Of a stretch of DNA of 64,000 nt, positions 53,562 to 63,793 are shown piece by piece. A program made the position numbers and the translations under genes. The stretch spans positions 1,696,001 to 1,760,000 of the forward strand of contig OZ242318.1 in the NCBI GenBank assembly GCA_965208105.1. The letters run 5' to 3'. The stretch is from Candidatus Latescibacterota bacterium (GTDB lineage Bacteria > Latescibacterota > UBA2968 > UBA8231). Position 1 is the first letter of the stretch. Each line of letters opens with the position of its first letter. Under the pieces are notes generated by a model. That model ran no database searches. It was given only the letters and a program-made list of their open reading frames with translations, and was not told where the DNA came from.

Positions 53562-55535
53562 CTACCACCCGTGGACGCGGTGGCCGCTGCTGGGGAACCA
53601 GACCATGTCCACCACGCTGGACAGAATCACCCCGATGGCGTAGGCGATGCCCAGCCCGTAGAAGAAGGGCTTGCCGGCAAGGTAGGCCTTCACCCCGCCG
53701 TAGCGCAGCAGGACCAGCTTCAGCACCCAGGCGATGAAGAAATTGATCCAGTACCACCAGGTGGCGTGGGTCTGCTGGAAGATGAGGCCGATGGGGTGGA
53801 GAGGAAACCAGTGGAAACGGGCGCGCAGGAAGGTGATTCCTGCGGCCTCGAAGAGCCCGCTGAACCATATGGCCCAGCGCGCCAGGCTGGGCCGGGTGGG
53901 ATTGTTGACCAGGTAGGTTATCCCGTCGTAGAACACCACGGTGCGGCCTCCGACGTAGAGGGTGCCCCCCTCGGCGTAGCACAGATTCAGAAGGTTCCAT
54001 GCGGCTAGGATGAACCCCAGGGGAAAGGCTATGAAAATGGTCGCCGCCACCCAGCGGGGCTGGCGCCGCAGCGAGAAGATGCGCAGATGGTGGACGATGG
54101 CCGGCCACGCCGGGATGGTGAAGGAGCCGAAGAAGGCGAAGCTGGTGAGCACCTTGAAGGGCACCAGCTTCTGCGGCGCGATGTAGATGGATCCCACCAG
54201 CTCGATGAAGAAGGACTCGCCCTTGAGGTAGGGGCGGTTGGGATAGATGTAGGCCACCCCGCTGGCGGCCACCAGCTTGACGGTGACGAAGTAGGCCACC
54301 ACCATCAGGACGAACATGCCCAGGGCCAGGGGCAAGCTGACTCCCAGGTGCATTGCCCACACCAGCACGTAGAGCAGGGACGCCGCCATTCCCAGCAGGG
54401 CCAGGCGGTAGCGCGCCACCTCGGCCGCCTCCCCGGTGCCAGAGCGCGCCTGCCGCCACACCGCCGCCAGGTGCCTCCTGGCCACCCAGACCGACCACAG
54501 CCCTACGAAGACCATCGCCCCGTGGCTCTCGGTGTGCAGGATCATCTGCGCCTCGGAGAAGCGGTTGTTGGCGCTGACCCCAGTGAAGTCCAGACTCGGG
54601 GTGCCGAACCTCCGCATGAGCAGGGTCTTGAACTGGTTTAGGAAGTGGAAGAACACCATGCTTCCGAGGATGTCCACCGGGCACAGGTAGATCACCATCA
54701 GCATCAGCGGCATGACGCGGATGAAGCCCGAGATCAGCCCGTCGCCGAACTGGTAGTGGTAGTAGGTCCAGAACAGGTCGAAGGAAGGAACGCCGGGGGT
54801 GAAATAGGTGCCGATATTGTAGAGCTGGGGCAGAAATACCACGCCGAAACCGACCCAGAACAGGCGCGAGTAAAACAGGTTCGGCAGCAGCCGCCGGCCC
54901 TCGGCGGTCAGGTCCAGAGGCATCTGGGCGAGGGGAAAGGTGAGCTTCTCGGCACCCTCCCACTGGCGCTGGAAGACCACCAGCAGGCAGAAGCCGAAGA
55001 CCACCACCGCCAGGGATACTCCCAGCCAGTTGAGCACGGTCCCCAGCCAGCCGTCCCATGGCAGCGCCATGCCCTGGGGCAGGCCGTACCAGAAGGAATC
55101 GGTGATCCGCACCGTGGCGGGAGGGAATACGTGCCAGGGGAGAAAGTTGAAGAAGGTCTCCGCCCACTGGTTCTCGGCGGTGGCGAAGTGGGTCGGGCCG
55201 GTCAGGTTGGCCGTCCACGATCCCATCCAGGAGGGAATGACCGCCACCACCCAGGTCATGGAGAAGAGGGTGAGCAACTCACCGCGGGTGAGGGCCAGGC
55301 GCGGCCACACCGCCTTCAGGACGACGTTCACGAACAGCCACAGCGCGAATGGCATGAACGCCATCAGAGGGTACTGGGCGACTGCTCCCAGACCCCCGGA
55401 GCCCTGGCGCTGGGCGATCTGGGTGAGGTAGAAGAACAGGGCGGCGATGGTCAGCGCCCCCAGGACCACCCCTTTCAGGGTGATGAGTGGCCCACCCCCC
55501 TGGTCCGAATCAGCAGCCGCGGAAATTTCGCTCAT
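53562..55535 (-). CDS. DUF6785/DUF6784-type polytopic membrane protein, second copy
   Basis: QRQWEGAEKLTFPLAQMP, WFPLHPIG, RYGGVKAY..GKPFFYG; start uncertain (55535 chosen). Confidence 0.75.
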   Translation of the reverse strand: MSEISAAADSDQGGGPLITLKGVVLGALTIAALFFYLTQIAQRQGSGGLGAVAQYPLMAFMPFALWLFVNVVLKAVWPRLALTRGELLTLFSMTWVVAVIPSWMGSWTANLTGPTHFATAENQWAETFFNFLPWHVFPPATVRITDSFWYGLPQGMALPWDGWLGTVLNWLGVSLAVVVFGFCLLVVFQRQWEGAEKLTFPLAQMPLDLTAEGRRLLPNLFYSRLFWVGFGVVFLPQLYNIGTYFTPGVPSFDLFWTYYHYQFGDGLISGFIRVMPLMLMVIYLCPVDILGSMVFFHFLNQFKTLLMRRFGTPSLDFTGVSANNRFSEAQMILHTESHGAMVFVGLWSVWVARRHLAAVWRQARSGTGEAAEVARYRLALLGMAASLLYVLVWAMHLGVSLPLALGMFVLMVVAYFVTVKLVAASGVAYIYPNRPYLKGESFFIELVGSIYIAPQKLVPFKVLTSFAFFGSFTIPAWPAIVHHLRIFSLRRQPRWVAATIFIAFPLGFILAAWNLLNLCYAEGGTLYVGGRTVVFYDGITYLVNNPTRPSLARWAIWFSGLFEAAGITFLRARFHWFPLHPIGLIFQQTHATWWYWINFFIAWVLKLVLLRYGGVKAYLAGKPFFYGLGIAYAIGVILSSVVDMVWFPSSGHRVHGW

Positions 55536-55680
55536 ACAAGCACCGGATCCCCTTCCGGAATCCTTCTGTGAGTCGAGCGACAGGCCACTGCACCCCCTTG
55601 TTCGGGTCATCCTTTATTTGCAAATTCAGCGGACAGAAACGATAGCTCAATCCCCATCCCCAATCAAGGAGACGGCCCCT

Positions 55681-57195
55681 ATGGTCTTCGACCTGGGCAC
55701 CGAGAAACAGCTCTTCATAGACCAGCGCTGGTTCGCCAGCCAGCGCGGGATGCACCTGACCGTCAACCCGCCGCTCAAGGCCGAGCGCGTGCTGGTGCCG
55801 GAGGAGCCCTGGGAAGCCAAGGGCATCCACGCCTACAACACGGTCCTCGAGCACGACGGTATCTACAAAATGTGGTACGACGCCATCGCGCCACAGAGCA
55901 GCGGCATCCCGCGCAGCCTGTGCTACGCCACCAGCGCCGACGGCATCCACTGGGAGCGCCAGTTCGTAAATCTCTTTCCGCTGCCGGGCATGGCGCGCAA
56001 CACCATCGTGATGCCCGGAGTCAACGGCAGCGTCATGGTGGACCCCAACGGCGGGGACGAGCACCGCTTCAAATCCCTCGCCCTGATCACCGAGAACGAC
56101 CTCTGGCCCCAATCGCAGGGATGCATCTGCGGCGTCTATCCTGAATACAATCCGGAACACTGGTGCGAGCTCTACCTGTGCACCAGCCCGGACGGCATTC
56201 ACTGGCGCCGCCACTCGCCCTCGGCCATGCCGTTCTTCCACGACTCCCACAACGTCTTCTTCTACGACCGCCGCCTGGGCCGCTACGCCGCCTATATGCG
56301 CACTCACGAGCGCCATCGCACCGTGGGGCGCACGGAGTTCGACGATCCCATGCAGCTGCCGTGGCCTTTCAAGGAGAATCCCGCCGCCGCCCGCGGTCCG
56401 GGGGACTCGCGCCGGGCCGCCGGAGGCGAGTACGAACTGGCGCTGTGCTGCGACGAGTCCGATCCCCCCGACACGGACCTCTACACTCCCAGCGTCCATC
56501 CCTATCCCTGGGCCGCCGACGCCTACTTCAGCTTCACCACTCCATACCGCCACTACCCCTTCGGCGACACCGGCGATACCACCGAGCAGGGCAGAGACGA
56601 GCGCGGCCGCTTCCGCAACGACGGCCCGGTGGAGATTCAACTGGCGGTTAGCCGCGACGGGATCTCCTGGTCGCGCCCCGACCGCCGGCCCTACGTGCCC
56701 CTGGGCCTGGCCGGCGCCTGGGACGGAGGACAGGTCTACATGGCTCACGGCATGGTCCGCAAGGGCGACGAAATCTGGCAATACTACAGCGGCACCCACT
56801 ACACCCACGGCGCCTATGACCCGGACGACGAGGACGGCAGCGGCGGGGTTTGCCGCCTGGTCCAGCGTCTCGACGGCTTCATCTCGGCGGACGCCGAGTA
56901 CACCGGCGCCGAGTTCACCACACCGCTGCTGCGGTTCTCCGGGGAACACCTCAAGCTCAACGTGGACTGCTCGGCCATGGGCGAGGTGTGGGTGGAGGTC
57001 CGCGACGGACGCAATCACCCCCTGGCCGGCTACACCCTGGCCGAGTCCGTCAGCGTGGACCGCAACCACATCGCCGCCCCGGTGGTTTGGCGGCAGCGCG
57101 ACAACGTGGGCGAGCTCATGGGGCGTCCGGTGCGGCTGCACTTCAGGCTCAGGGCCGCCAAGCTCTATGCCTTCCAGTTCGACGCGGCAGACTAG
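55681..57195 (+). CDS. Five-bladed beta-propeller glycoside-hydrolase-like protein
   Basis: RBS AAGGAG; KQLFID, PEEPWE, YATSADGIHWER, SRDGISW, RLDGFIS, FTTP, LKLNVD. Confidence 0.75.
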   Translation: MVFDLGTEKQLFIDQRWFASQRGMHLTVNPPLKAERVLVPEEPWEAKGIHAYNTVLEHDGIYKMWYDAIAPQSSGIPRSLCYATSADGIHWERQFVNLFPLPGMARNTIVMPGVNGSVMVDPNGGDEHRFKSLALITENDLWPQSQGCICGVYPEYNPEHWCELYLCTSPDGIHWRRHSPSAMPFFHDSHNVFFYDRRLGRYAAYMRTHERHRTVGRTEFDDPMQLPWPFKENPAAARGPGDSRRAAGGEYELALCCDESDPPDTDLYTPSVHPYPWAADAYFSFTTPYRHYPFGDTGDTTEQGRDERGRFRNDGPVEIQLAVSRDGISWSRPDRRPYVPLGLAGAWDGGQVYMAHGMVRKGDEIWQYYSGTHYTHGAYDPDDEDGSGGVCRLVQRLDGFISADAEYTGAEFTTPLLRFSGEHLKLNVDCSAMGEVWVEVRDGRNHPLAGYTLAESVSVDRNHIAAPVVWRQRDNVGELMGRPVRLHFRLRAAKLYAFQFDAAD

Positions 57196-57346
57196 GGCGC
57201 CGCGCCCGCATCCATTCCACCGAAGCCGGACGTGTCGAGTTCAGGTCCAGGCCCGGTGAAGGCACGAGGACCCGGCAATGGCACCCTTCCCCGCAACCGG
57301 TCCCAGGTTCAGGTCCTGACGGGGATCAACTGCACCTGACATCACC

Positions 57347-59590
57347 ATGAGGGAAAAGACCATGAATAAGGACATCGCCCCTCTCAAGCGCGTAGGCTCC
57401 ACCGCCCAGCGGCTGGCGCAGAAACCCTACGAGAAACGCCTCTGCCGCATAGAGTCCCACTATCCACCTCCGCCGGAAGAGGGCCGGACCCCGGTCACCA
57501 TCACCCCCGAAGAATACGCGGAGGTAATCTCCGACTGCGGCTACGAGGTCATCGTCATAAGCGGCGAGCACGACCGCGGCACTCCGCGCTTTCCCTCGCG
57601 GATCTTCGATCCCCACCCGGACCTCAAGGACGACCTGCTCCCACGCTTCATCGAGCTCTGCCACCGGAAGGGGATCGTAGTCCTCTCCTACTATCCCATC
57701 ATCTTCTCCAAGCCCCTGCGCCGGGTCCACCCCGAGTGGCTCATGCAGTTCCTCGACGACGGCCGGCCGGAGCCCGAGAACGAAGGTTGGTTCTGCTTCA
57801 ACTCCCCCTTTCGCGACTGGCTGCCGGGCTGCCTGAGCGAGTACATGGAGCTCCTGGACATCGACGGGCTCTACTTCGACGACGTCAACTGGGGCTCCCA
57901 CGCCGACGGACCCTACACCCCTTCCTGCTGTTGCAGCCATTGCGAGAAACTGTTCCGCGACGAGACCGGATTCGAGATACCGCGCAAGGTAGACTTCGAT
58001 TCCAAGGCCTTCCGCCATCTGGTCAACTGGCGCTACGAGAAGCTTCTGGAGTTCCTGCACCACCTCTTCGGCGCGGTGAGGAAGCAGCACCCGGACGCCA
58101 TCCTCGACATGAACACCTACTACTGGCCGGCCTCGGAGTGGTCCCAGGGCCACCCTCTGGGCTCCTTCCGCCTGGAAGAGGTGGGCGGTTACTCCTTCGT
58201 CGAGTGCTTCCCCTTCACCCACCGCTACCTGCGCACTCCGGGATTCGTGGCCAAGGTGCTGCGGTCGACCGGCACCCCCTTCTCCCTGTTCCTGAACGGC
58301 TGCCAGGGCATGCGCGGGTTCAGCTCGGTGCCCTTTCCCGAGCCCCATGGGGCGAGCATCTTCGGCATGGTTTCCCTTGCCCATGGTGGAGCATCCTGCG
58401 GGGCGCCGTACGGCGGCTCCAGCGTGCACGGAGGCTACCTCTACCTCACCCGCGACGCCCACAAGGAGACCTTTGCCGAGCTCAAGAAGCGAGTGGACTA
58501 CGTGGAAGGCGAGAGCCTGAAGCACCTGGCCCTTCATTGTTCGACGCGAAACCGCGATTTCCAGCCCAACGAGATCTGCCGCGATCTGCTGGCGCGCTCC
58601 AACTGGATCGGCTACCTGCGCCAGAAATACATGTTCGGCGCCTACGAGATGCTCAACCGCTCCCACCTGGTGCTCGACTTCGTCCTCGACGAGCATCTCG
58701 CGGAACAGCGCCTGTCCTCATACCAGGTGCTCTTCCTGTCCAACAGCGCCTGCCTTTCCAATGAGCAGGGCGGAGCCATCGCCCGTTTCGTCGAAAACGG
58801 CGGCACCTTGATAGCTACCCACGAGACATCCCTTCTGGACGAGCTGGGGTACGAGCGCGAGAATTTCGCCCTGGCCGAGGTGCTGGGCGTGGACTACCGC
58901 GGCCGCCGCCAAGACGGCGAGGAGCATGGCGCGGTCTACCTGGCCCAGGAGAAGAGGATCCGCCGGGAAACAGGGGACCTCCTCTGCTTCTTCGGCCGCG
59001 ACCTCGAGGTGGCCCTGAGGCCTGGAGCCAGGGCCCTGTGCACCCGGAGCACTCTGACCGCCCATGGCGACGATCTGCAGGACGGGCTGTCAGCCTACCA
59101 GCCGGGTGGGCAGCACGATACCGGGGATCCGGCGGTGGTACTGAACGAATACGGCAGGGGCAGGGCGATCTACCTCGCCGGCGACGTGGGCGGAGCATTC
59201 ATGAACAGTCCCTATCCCCCGCTGATGCGCTTTGTTGCTGGCCTGGTCAAACGCACCCCGCCGCCGGTGGAGATCGATGGGCCCCAGGCCCTCGAGGTCA
59301 CCGCGGCGCGGCGGCCGTCGGGAGAATTGATGGTTCACCTGGTCAACAACCCCACACCGCTGATTCCCTGGCGCATCGCCGACGACGACGATCTCGACCG
59401 CCTCGGACCCGATATGGGATCGTTCAACGCCGTCCTGGAGCTGGTGCCCCTGCGCGACATCCGGGTCAGTTTCAACGGTATGGAAGTGAGCTCGGTCCGC
59501 CTGCCGCTGCAGGGGCTCGACCTGGCGGTCGAAGACGGCGCGGTGGTGGTGCCGGAGGTCAAGCTGCACGAGGTCCTGCTGGTGGATTAA
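57347..59590 (+). CDS. Glycoside hydrolase-like protein (GHL6/GH42-like TIM barrel + trimerisation/GATase-like domain)
   Basis: CFNSP.R, IDGLYFD, CCCSHCEKLF Zn motif, LFLSNSACLS, FVENGGTLIAT, YGRGRAIY. Confidence 0.75.
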   Translation: MREKTMNKDIAPLKRVGSTAQRLAQKPYEKRLCRIESHYPPPPEEGRTPVTITPEEYAEVISDCGYEVIVISGEHDRGTPRFPSRIFDPHPDLKDDLLPRFIELCHRKGIVVLSYYPIIFSKPLRRVHPEWLMQFLDDGRPEPENEGWFCFNSPFRDWLPGCLSEYMELLDIDGLYFDDVNWGSHADGPYTPSCCCSHCEKLFRDETGFEIPRKVDFDSKAFRHLVNWRYEKLLEFLHHLFGAVRKQHPDAILDMNTYYWPASEWSQGHPLGSFRLEEVGGYSFVECFPFTHRYLRTPGFVAKVLRSTGTPFSLFLNGCQGMRGFSSVPFPEPHGASIFGMVSLAHGGASCGAPYGGSSVHGGYLYLTRDAHKETFAELKKRVDYVEGESLKHLALHCSTRNRDFQPNEICRDLLARSNWIGYLRQKYMFGAYEMLNRSHLVLDFVLDEHLAEQRLSSYQVLFLSNSACLSNEQGGAIARFVENGGTLIATHETSLLDELGYERENFALAEVLGVDYRGRRQDGEEHGAVYLAQEKRIRRETGDLLCFFGRDLEVALRPGARALCTRSTLTAHGDDLQDGLSAYQPGGQHDTGDPAVVLNEYGRGRAIYLAGDVGGAFMNSPYPPLMRFVAGLVKRTPPPVEIDGPQALEVTAARRPSGELMVHLVNNPTPLIPWRIADDDDLDRLGPDMGSFNAVLELVPLRDIRVSFNGMEVSSVRLPLQGLDLAVEDGAVVVPEVKLHEVLLVD

Positions 59591-59601
59591 TGAGGTATGC
59601 C

Positions 59602-60438
59602 ATGATTGTAGTGACAGGAGCCGCCGGCAGGCTGGGGGGACGCGTTGTCCGGCTTCTTATCGACCGTGGCTACGACGTTCTGGGCACCGATCTGGTCGAA
59701 TGCAGAGATTCTCCGTCACCTTTCGTCCAGGCTGACCTCTGCGACGCCGAGCGGGTGGCAAAGCTGTTTGCCGGCTCCGAGGCGGCCGTCCATACGGGTG
59801 CTATTTGTGGCCCCGGCGCGGATGGGTATGAAACCTTTCGGAACAATGGCCAGAGCACATTCAATGTCCTTTGGGCCGCGGCTGAACAGAGGATGCGGCG
59901 AGTGGTGTTTTCCTCGAGCGCGTTCGCCATGGGTTGGTCGAGCGACCCGCGTGCGTTCGTGCCCCGTTACCTGCCCCTGGACGAAGAGCACCCCATGACG
60001 CCGTTCGAGCCCTACGGCTTGTCGAAGCAGGTCGGCGAATGCATTGCGGACATGGTCACGCGGACAAAGGCGACTTCGGTGGCGAGTCTCCGGTTTACAA
60101 ACGTAGTCTACCCGGAGAAACAGGCCGAGTTCCCCCTGCCTCCGCCCACTCCCGAAGACCCCACCACACTGGTGAAGTGGTCCTACGCCGACCCGCGGGA
60201 TGTGGCAGAGGCGCACGTCGTGGCCCTCGAAGCTGAACTCAGCGGCCATGAAGCCTTCCTGCTTGCACAGCCGATCACGCGATTTCGGGAGTCGACGGTG
60301 GACTTGATCAGGAGAAATTTCGGCGATCGCGTTGAGATTCGCGGGGACCTCTCCGGCAACGCGAGTGTGCTCAGCACGGAAAAGGCCCGGCGAATGCTCG
60401 GATTCGAGCCGAAGCGGAAATGGAGCGAAAAGGACTGA
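59602..60438 (+). CDS. NAD-dependent epimerase/dehydratase
   Basis: IVVTGAAGRLG, FSSS, PYGLSK, LRFTNV; alternative start 59590. Confidence 0.88.
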   Translation: MIVVTGAAGRLGGRVVRLLIDRGYDVLGTDLVECRDSPSPFVQADLCDAERVAKLFAGSEAAVHTGAICGPGADGYETFRNNGQSTFNVLWAAAEQRMRRVVFSSSAFAMGWSSDPRAFVPRYLPLDEEHPMTPFEPYGLSKQVGECIADMVTRTKATSVASLRFTNVVYPEKQAEFPLPPPTPEDPTTLVKWSYADPRDVAEAHVVALEAELSGHEAFLLAQPITRFRESTVDLIRRNFGDRVEIRGDLSGNASVLSTEKARRMLGFEPKRKWSEKD

Positions 60439-60674
60439 TTTTTGGGGGACCTGATGTAAGGGTCGGCTCCATCGGTTCAGCACGGGAGTTGCGCGATGAT
60501 CCCACCCTGCATCACGCCGGCTATCTCCGCAACGACCTGACCCACAATCGAGGCGGCCAATCCGTCAGGGCAGAGACCCAACCCTGGGTGACCTGACACC
60601 CAGTACCTGCCTTCCGCGATGCCTGCCAGCCACCAGACGCAATCCATCAGGGACCGCTGCAACCCATCCGCTCA

Positions 60675-61787
60675 TCAAGTCCGCTTCACCTCCATGTAGG
60701 TGCCCAGGATTTCACTCTGACGGCAGTCATTCACCTCGGTGCGCGCATAGGCAACCAGCAGTGTGTCGGGCATAACCTCTTCAACCCAGTCGTAGTTGCA
60801 GGCGTCGTATGCCTGTGGCCCGCGATAGAAGCAGAAGTGTCCGATCCAGGTGTGCCCCTCGTCCAGGCTGAACGCCAGCCAGTCTCCGGTCCGTCCACAG
60901 GTTACGGCGATGACCCCGTTGGCCATCAGGCAGGCATTGGGCCAGACGCCGCGGTCGGCAATCGGGTCGGCCTGGCTCCAGCTTTTGCCTCCATCGTTGG
61001 AACGGCTCATGTAGAGCGGTGAAAAGGTCGAATTGTAGGTACCGCCCGTACGCATGAAACAGAGAATATCTCCGCCCGGAAGCACCAGAAGGTCGGGTTC
61101 ACAGAAGCTCTCCACCCTGTGCTGGTTTCCGCGGGTCAGGTCGAAGGCCACAGTCGATAGATAGCGCCAGGTATTGCCTCCATCGGACGAACGCACGACG
61201 AAGCTGCGGTACTTGAAATCGGCGATGAACTTTCCGTATAGAGCCGCCAGCATGCTGCCGTCTTCCAGACGGACCACCGCGTGGTCTACGACTCCCTCGA
61301 TCTTGTGCCGGCCGAACCCACCTTCGCCCCTTGCGAGTTCGGGAACATCCACCAGGAGGGCCTTCCCTGACGTGTGCGTGTATCCGTTGTCCGCGGAGCG
61401 ATCGAGTCCGGTCTGATATACGCCATCTTCATCGGTCGCTTCGAGCTCGCCGCGCCCCAAATGGAGGATCTCGCCATTGGGCAACTGACATCCGTTGTAG
61501 GTGGGCCAGGCCGGCGTGTCGCGCCAGCTCTGCCCGCCGTCCCGCGAGCGCCTCCAGCTCGGTACGGCCGCAGCACAGGCGGCCCACTCCTCACCGTGTT
61601 GTTCACACCCCAGGGAGGTGCCGGTCACCAGCTCGCCATTGGCGAGCTTGGACAGAAATCCTATGGGGCCTGGCGTCCGGTGGGACGGGATGAGAACCTG
61701 GGTATCGCCTACCTGGACTTCCAGCCCCGGGTACTGGTAGTATCCCCTGCACCAATGATCGCGTGTCACGTAGTCTGGTCTCGGCAT
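60675..61787 (-). CDS. BNR/Asp-box sialidase-like protein
   Basis: Five Asp boxes: SRDGGQSW, SADNGYT, SSDGGNTW, SNDGGKSW, SLDEGHTW. Confidence 0.85.
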   Translation of the reverse strand: MPRPDYVTRDHWCRGYYQYPGLEVQVGDTQVLIPSHRTPGPIGFLSKLANGELVTGTSLGCEQHGEEWAACAAAVPSWRRSRDGGQSWRDTPAWPTYNGCQLPNGEILHLGRGELEATDEDGVYQTGLDRSADNGYTHTSGKALLVDVPELARGEGGFGRHKIEGVVDHAVVRLEDGSMLAALYGKFIADFKYRSFVVRSSDGGNTWRYLSTVAFDLTRGNQHRVESFCEPDLLVLPGGDILCFMRTGGTYNSTFSPLYMSRSNDGGKSWSQADPIADRGVWPNACLMANGVIAVTCGRTGDWLAFSLDEGHTWIGHFCFYRGPQAYDACNYDWVEEVMPDTLLVAYARTEVNDCRQSEILGTYMEVKRT

Positions 61788-61958
61788 CTTTCACTCCTTG
61801 TTTGACAGGCGGTAAGAACCACAGGGTTCTGTTCACCATTTTGCCGCAACCGGGGCCCGTCTTTCCCGCGTTGCTGGTCGGCGCCAACCCGGAGAAGGTT
61901 CGAACGCATGGTTTCATCTTTCTTCCCGTTTGTTCGAGTTTCCCTATATTAACCCACT

Positions 61959-62954
61959 ATGATCAACGCCCTCAAGGCTTTCCTCCTTGCCTTCGTCCTC
62001 GCCGGGCCGGCCCTCGCCCGCGATGCCGATGTTCGCGGCATCACCATCTCCACTCACGGCGTCGGCCACGACTGGGGCAGCGACGCCATCGTGCCCACCC
62101 TGGAGGATATTCGCGCTGTCGGGGCCAACTGGGTGGCCATCCACCCCTATGCCCATATCTCCGCCGATGGCTCACTGCGCTGGTCGAGGATCGATCCCGA
62201 CAGTCCCCCCGCCCACATCATCCGCCCCATCCACGAAGCGCACCGTCTGGGATTGAATATCTGCATCAAACCCCATGTCGCCTATTGGCGCTCGCCCTTT
62301 TCCTGGCGCGGCGAGATCACCTTCCAGAACGACGATGATTGGCGGCGATTCTGGCGGGGATATCGCGAATGGATCATAGAATTGGCCGTCGTCTGCCGGA
62401 AGGCCGACGGCTTCGTGGTGGGGACGGAACTGGACCGCACCCTGGCGTTCGAAGCGGAATGGCGCGGCCTCATCGAGGAGGTCCGCAAGCACACTGACGC
62501 GCCGCTTACCTACGCCGCCAACTGGACCGATTACGAGCGCGTTCCCTTCTGGGACGCACTCGACGTCATCGCCGTCCAGGCCTATTTCCCCCTGACCGAC
62601 GATCCCGATTACGACGAGCGAGACATTCGCGACGGTTGGGCCGCGCGCATGCGCCAGCTCAGCGACTACGGGACGCGGCAGAACCGCAATATCCTCTTCA
62701 CCGAATTGGGCTACAACCAGTCGCACCAGGCCCCGCTCAAACCCTGGGCCTACCCCGTCGACGGCGAGGCCGCCCTCCCCGTTCAGGTCTTTTGCCTGCG
62801 CACGGCGCTGGCCGCCATCGCTCGTGAGCCGCGCGTCGTCGGTGCCTTGCTCTGGAAGTGGTTTCCCCACCCGCACCCGGTCGGCCGCAACTTTCAACTG
62901 GCGATCCCGCCGATGAAACGGGTTATTGCCGAGGCATGGCTCGACCCGCAATAA
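61959..62954 (+). CDS. Secreted glycoside hydrolase, GH113-like TIM barrel
   Basis: Signal peptide; IKPHV, VGTEL, TYAANW, FWDALDVI..AYFPL, FTELGY. Confidence 0.8.
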   Translation: MINALKAFLLAFVLAGPALARDADVRGITISTHGVGHDWGSDAIVPTLEDIRAVGANWVAIHPYAHISADGSLRWSRIDPDSPPAHIIRPIHEAHRLGLNICIKPHVAYWRSPFSWRGEITFQNDDDWRRFWRGYREWIIELAVVCRKADGFVVGTELDRTLAFEAEWRGLIEEVRKHTDAPLTYAANWTDYERVPFWDALDVIAVQAYFPLTDDPDYDERDIRDGWAARMRQLSDYGTRQNRNILFTELGYNQSHQAPLKPWAYPVDGEAALPVQVFCLRTALAAIAREPRVVGALLWKWFPHPHPVGRNFQLAIPPMKRVIAEAWLDPQ

Positions 62955-63098
62955 ACCCTTCCCTGGCATGGAGGCCAGGGAAGGTAGGGCCACGCAGCGG
63001 CACAGGCGTTCGAGCCCCAACCGGTCAGGGAACACCTGTTATATTGCCGGAGGTCGAGCTGCGCGAGGTGTCGCTGGTGGAGACTTGAGGGAGTATCC

Positions 63099-63120
63099 GA
63101 GGAGATTCCGGAATCTCCTC
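63099..63120. terminator. Perfect 22-bp palindrome between convergent genes (possible terminator hairpin)
   Basis: GAGGAGATTCCGGAATCTCCTC; no clear U-tract. Confidence 0.4.
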
Positions 63121-63781
63121 AAATGGCGGCCAGGGCCCGCTCCAGCGGGATTTCCCTGAACTTCTGTTCGGGCATGCTGCCAGCTTCTATGGTTCTCTCC
63201 CAGTATTCCCGCTTCGGGTCCGGCTCCGAAGCGGGCACCGAATCGATCACATTTCGAGCCCAGTCCGCCAGGTCCGGGTCCTTGCACCTCACCGCGAGGT
63301 CAGCCTCGGCGGCGCATCCGGAGCTCGAGTAGGCGAAGCACCGCCTGATGTTCCTCCTGGCGCTGGCCAATCCCACCGGCTCGATGGTGATCTCTCCGCT
63401 ACGGGTCTCCGGCACCAGGAGAACCCCCACCCCCCTATCGGTTATGGAGGCGGCGCGCTCGGGCTGCTCCCCGCCAATCAGAACGTTCTTGTGATGCGGC
63501 CAGATGTCGAACATGGAGTAGTTGGCCACGGGAGCGCTCTCCTGAAAGGAGAAGAAGTCGGGGTAGGCGAAGAAGTCGACTGCCTGTTCGCGATAGCGAT
63601 CGTAGAATGCGGTGACGTAGGCCATGACCAGGAGCACGGCGCCGAGACCGTCGAATCTCGAGGGAGCCAGGAGGCCCACCCGGTCCGTGGATTTGAAACC
63701 GGCGAAGAACTGGGCGTGTGGGACATCCTGCCCCCGGTAAGTGATGCTGAAGTCCGTTCCTCTTAGCTTGCTGCTGTGCAT
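63119..63781 (-). CDS. Hypothetical protein
   Basis: 220 aa ORF with RBS AGGAGG, immediately downstream of the soxG-like gene. Confidence 0.7.
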   Translation of the reverse strand: MHSSKLRGTDFSITYRGQDVPHAQFFAGFKSTDRVGLLAPSRFDGLGAVLLVMAYVTAFYDRYREQAVDFFAYPDFFSFQESAPVANYSMFDIWPHHKNVLIGGEQPERAASITDRGVGVLLVPETRSGEITIEPVGLASARRNIRRCFAYSSSGCAAEADLAVRCKDPDLADWARNVIDSVPASEPDPKREYWERTIEAGSMPEQKFREIPLERALAAI

Positions 63782-63793
63782 GAGATTCCTCCT

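Noticed and set aside
60477-60662. 61-aa ORF between convergent epimerase and BNR genes
   Set aside because: No convincing start context or homology cue
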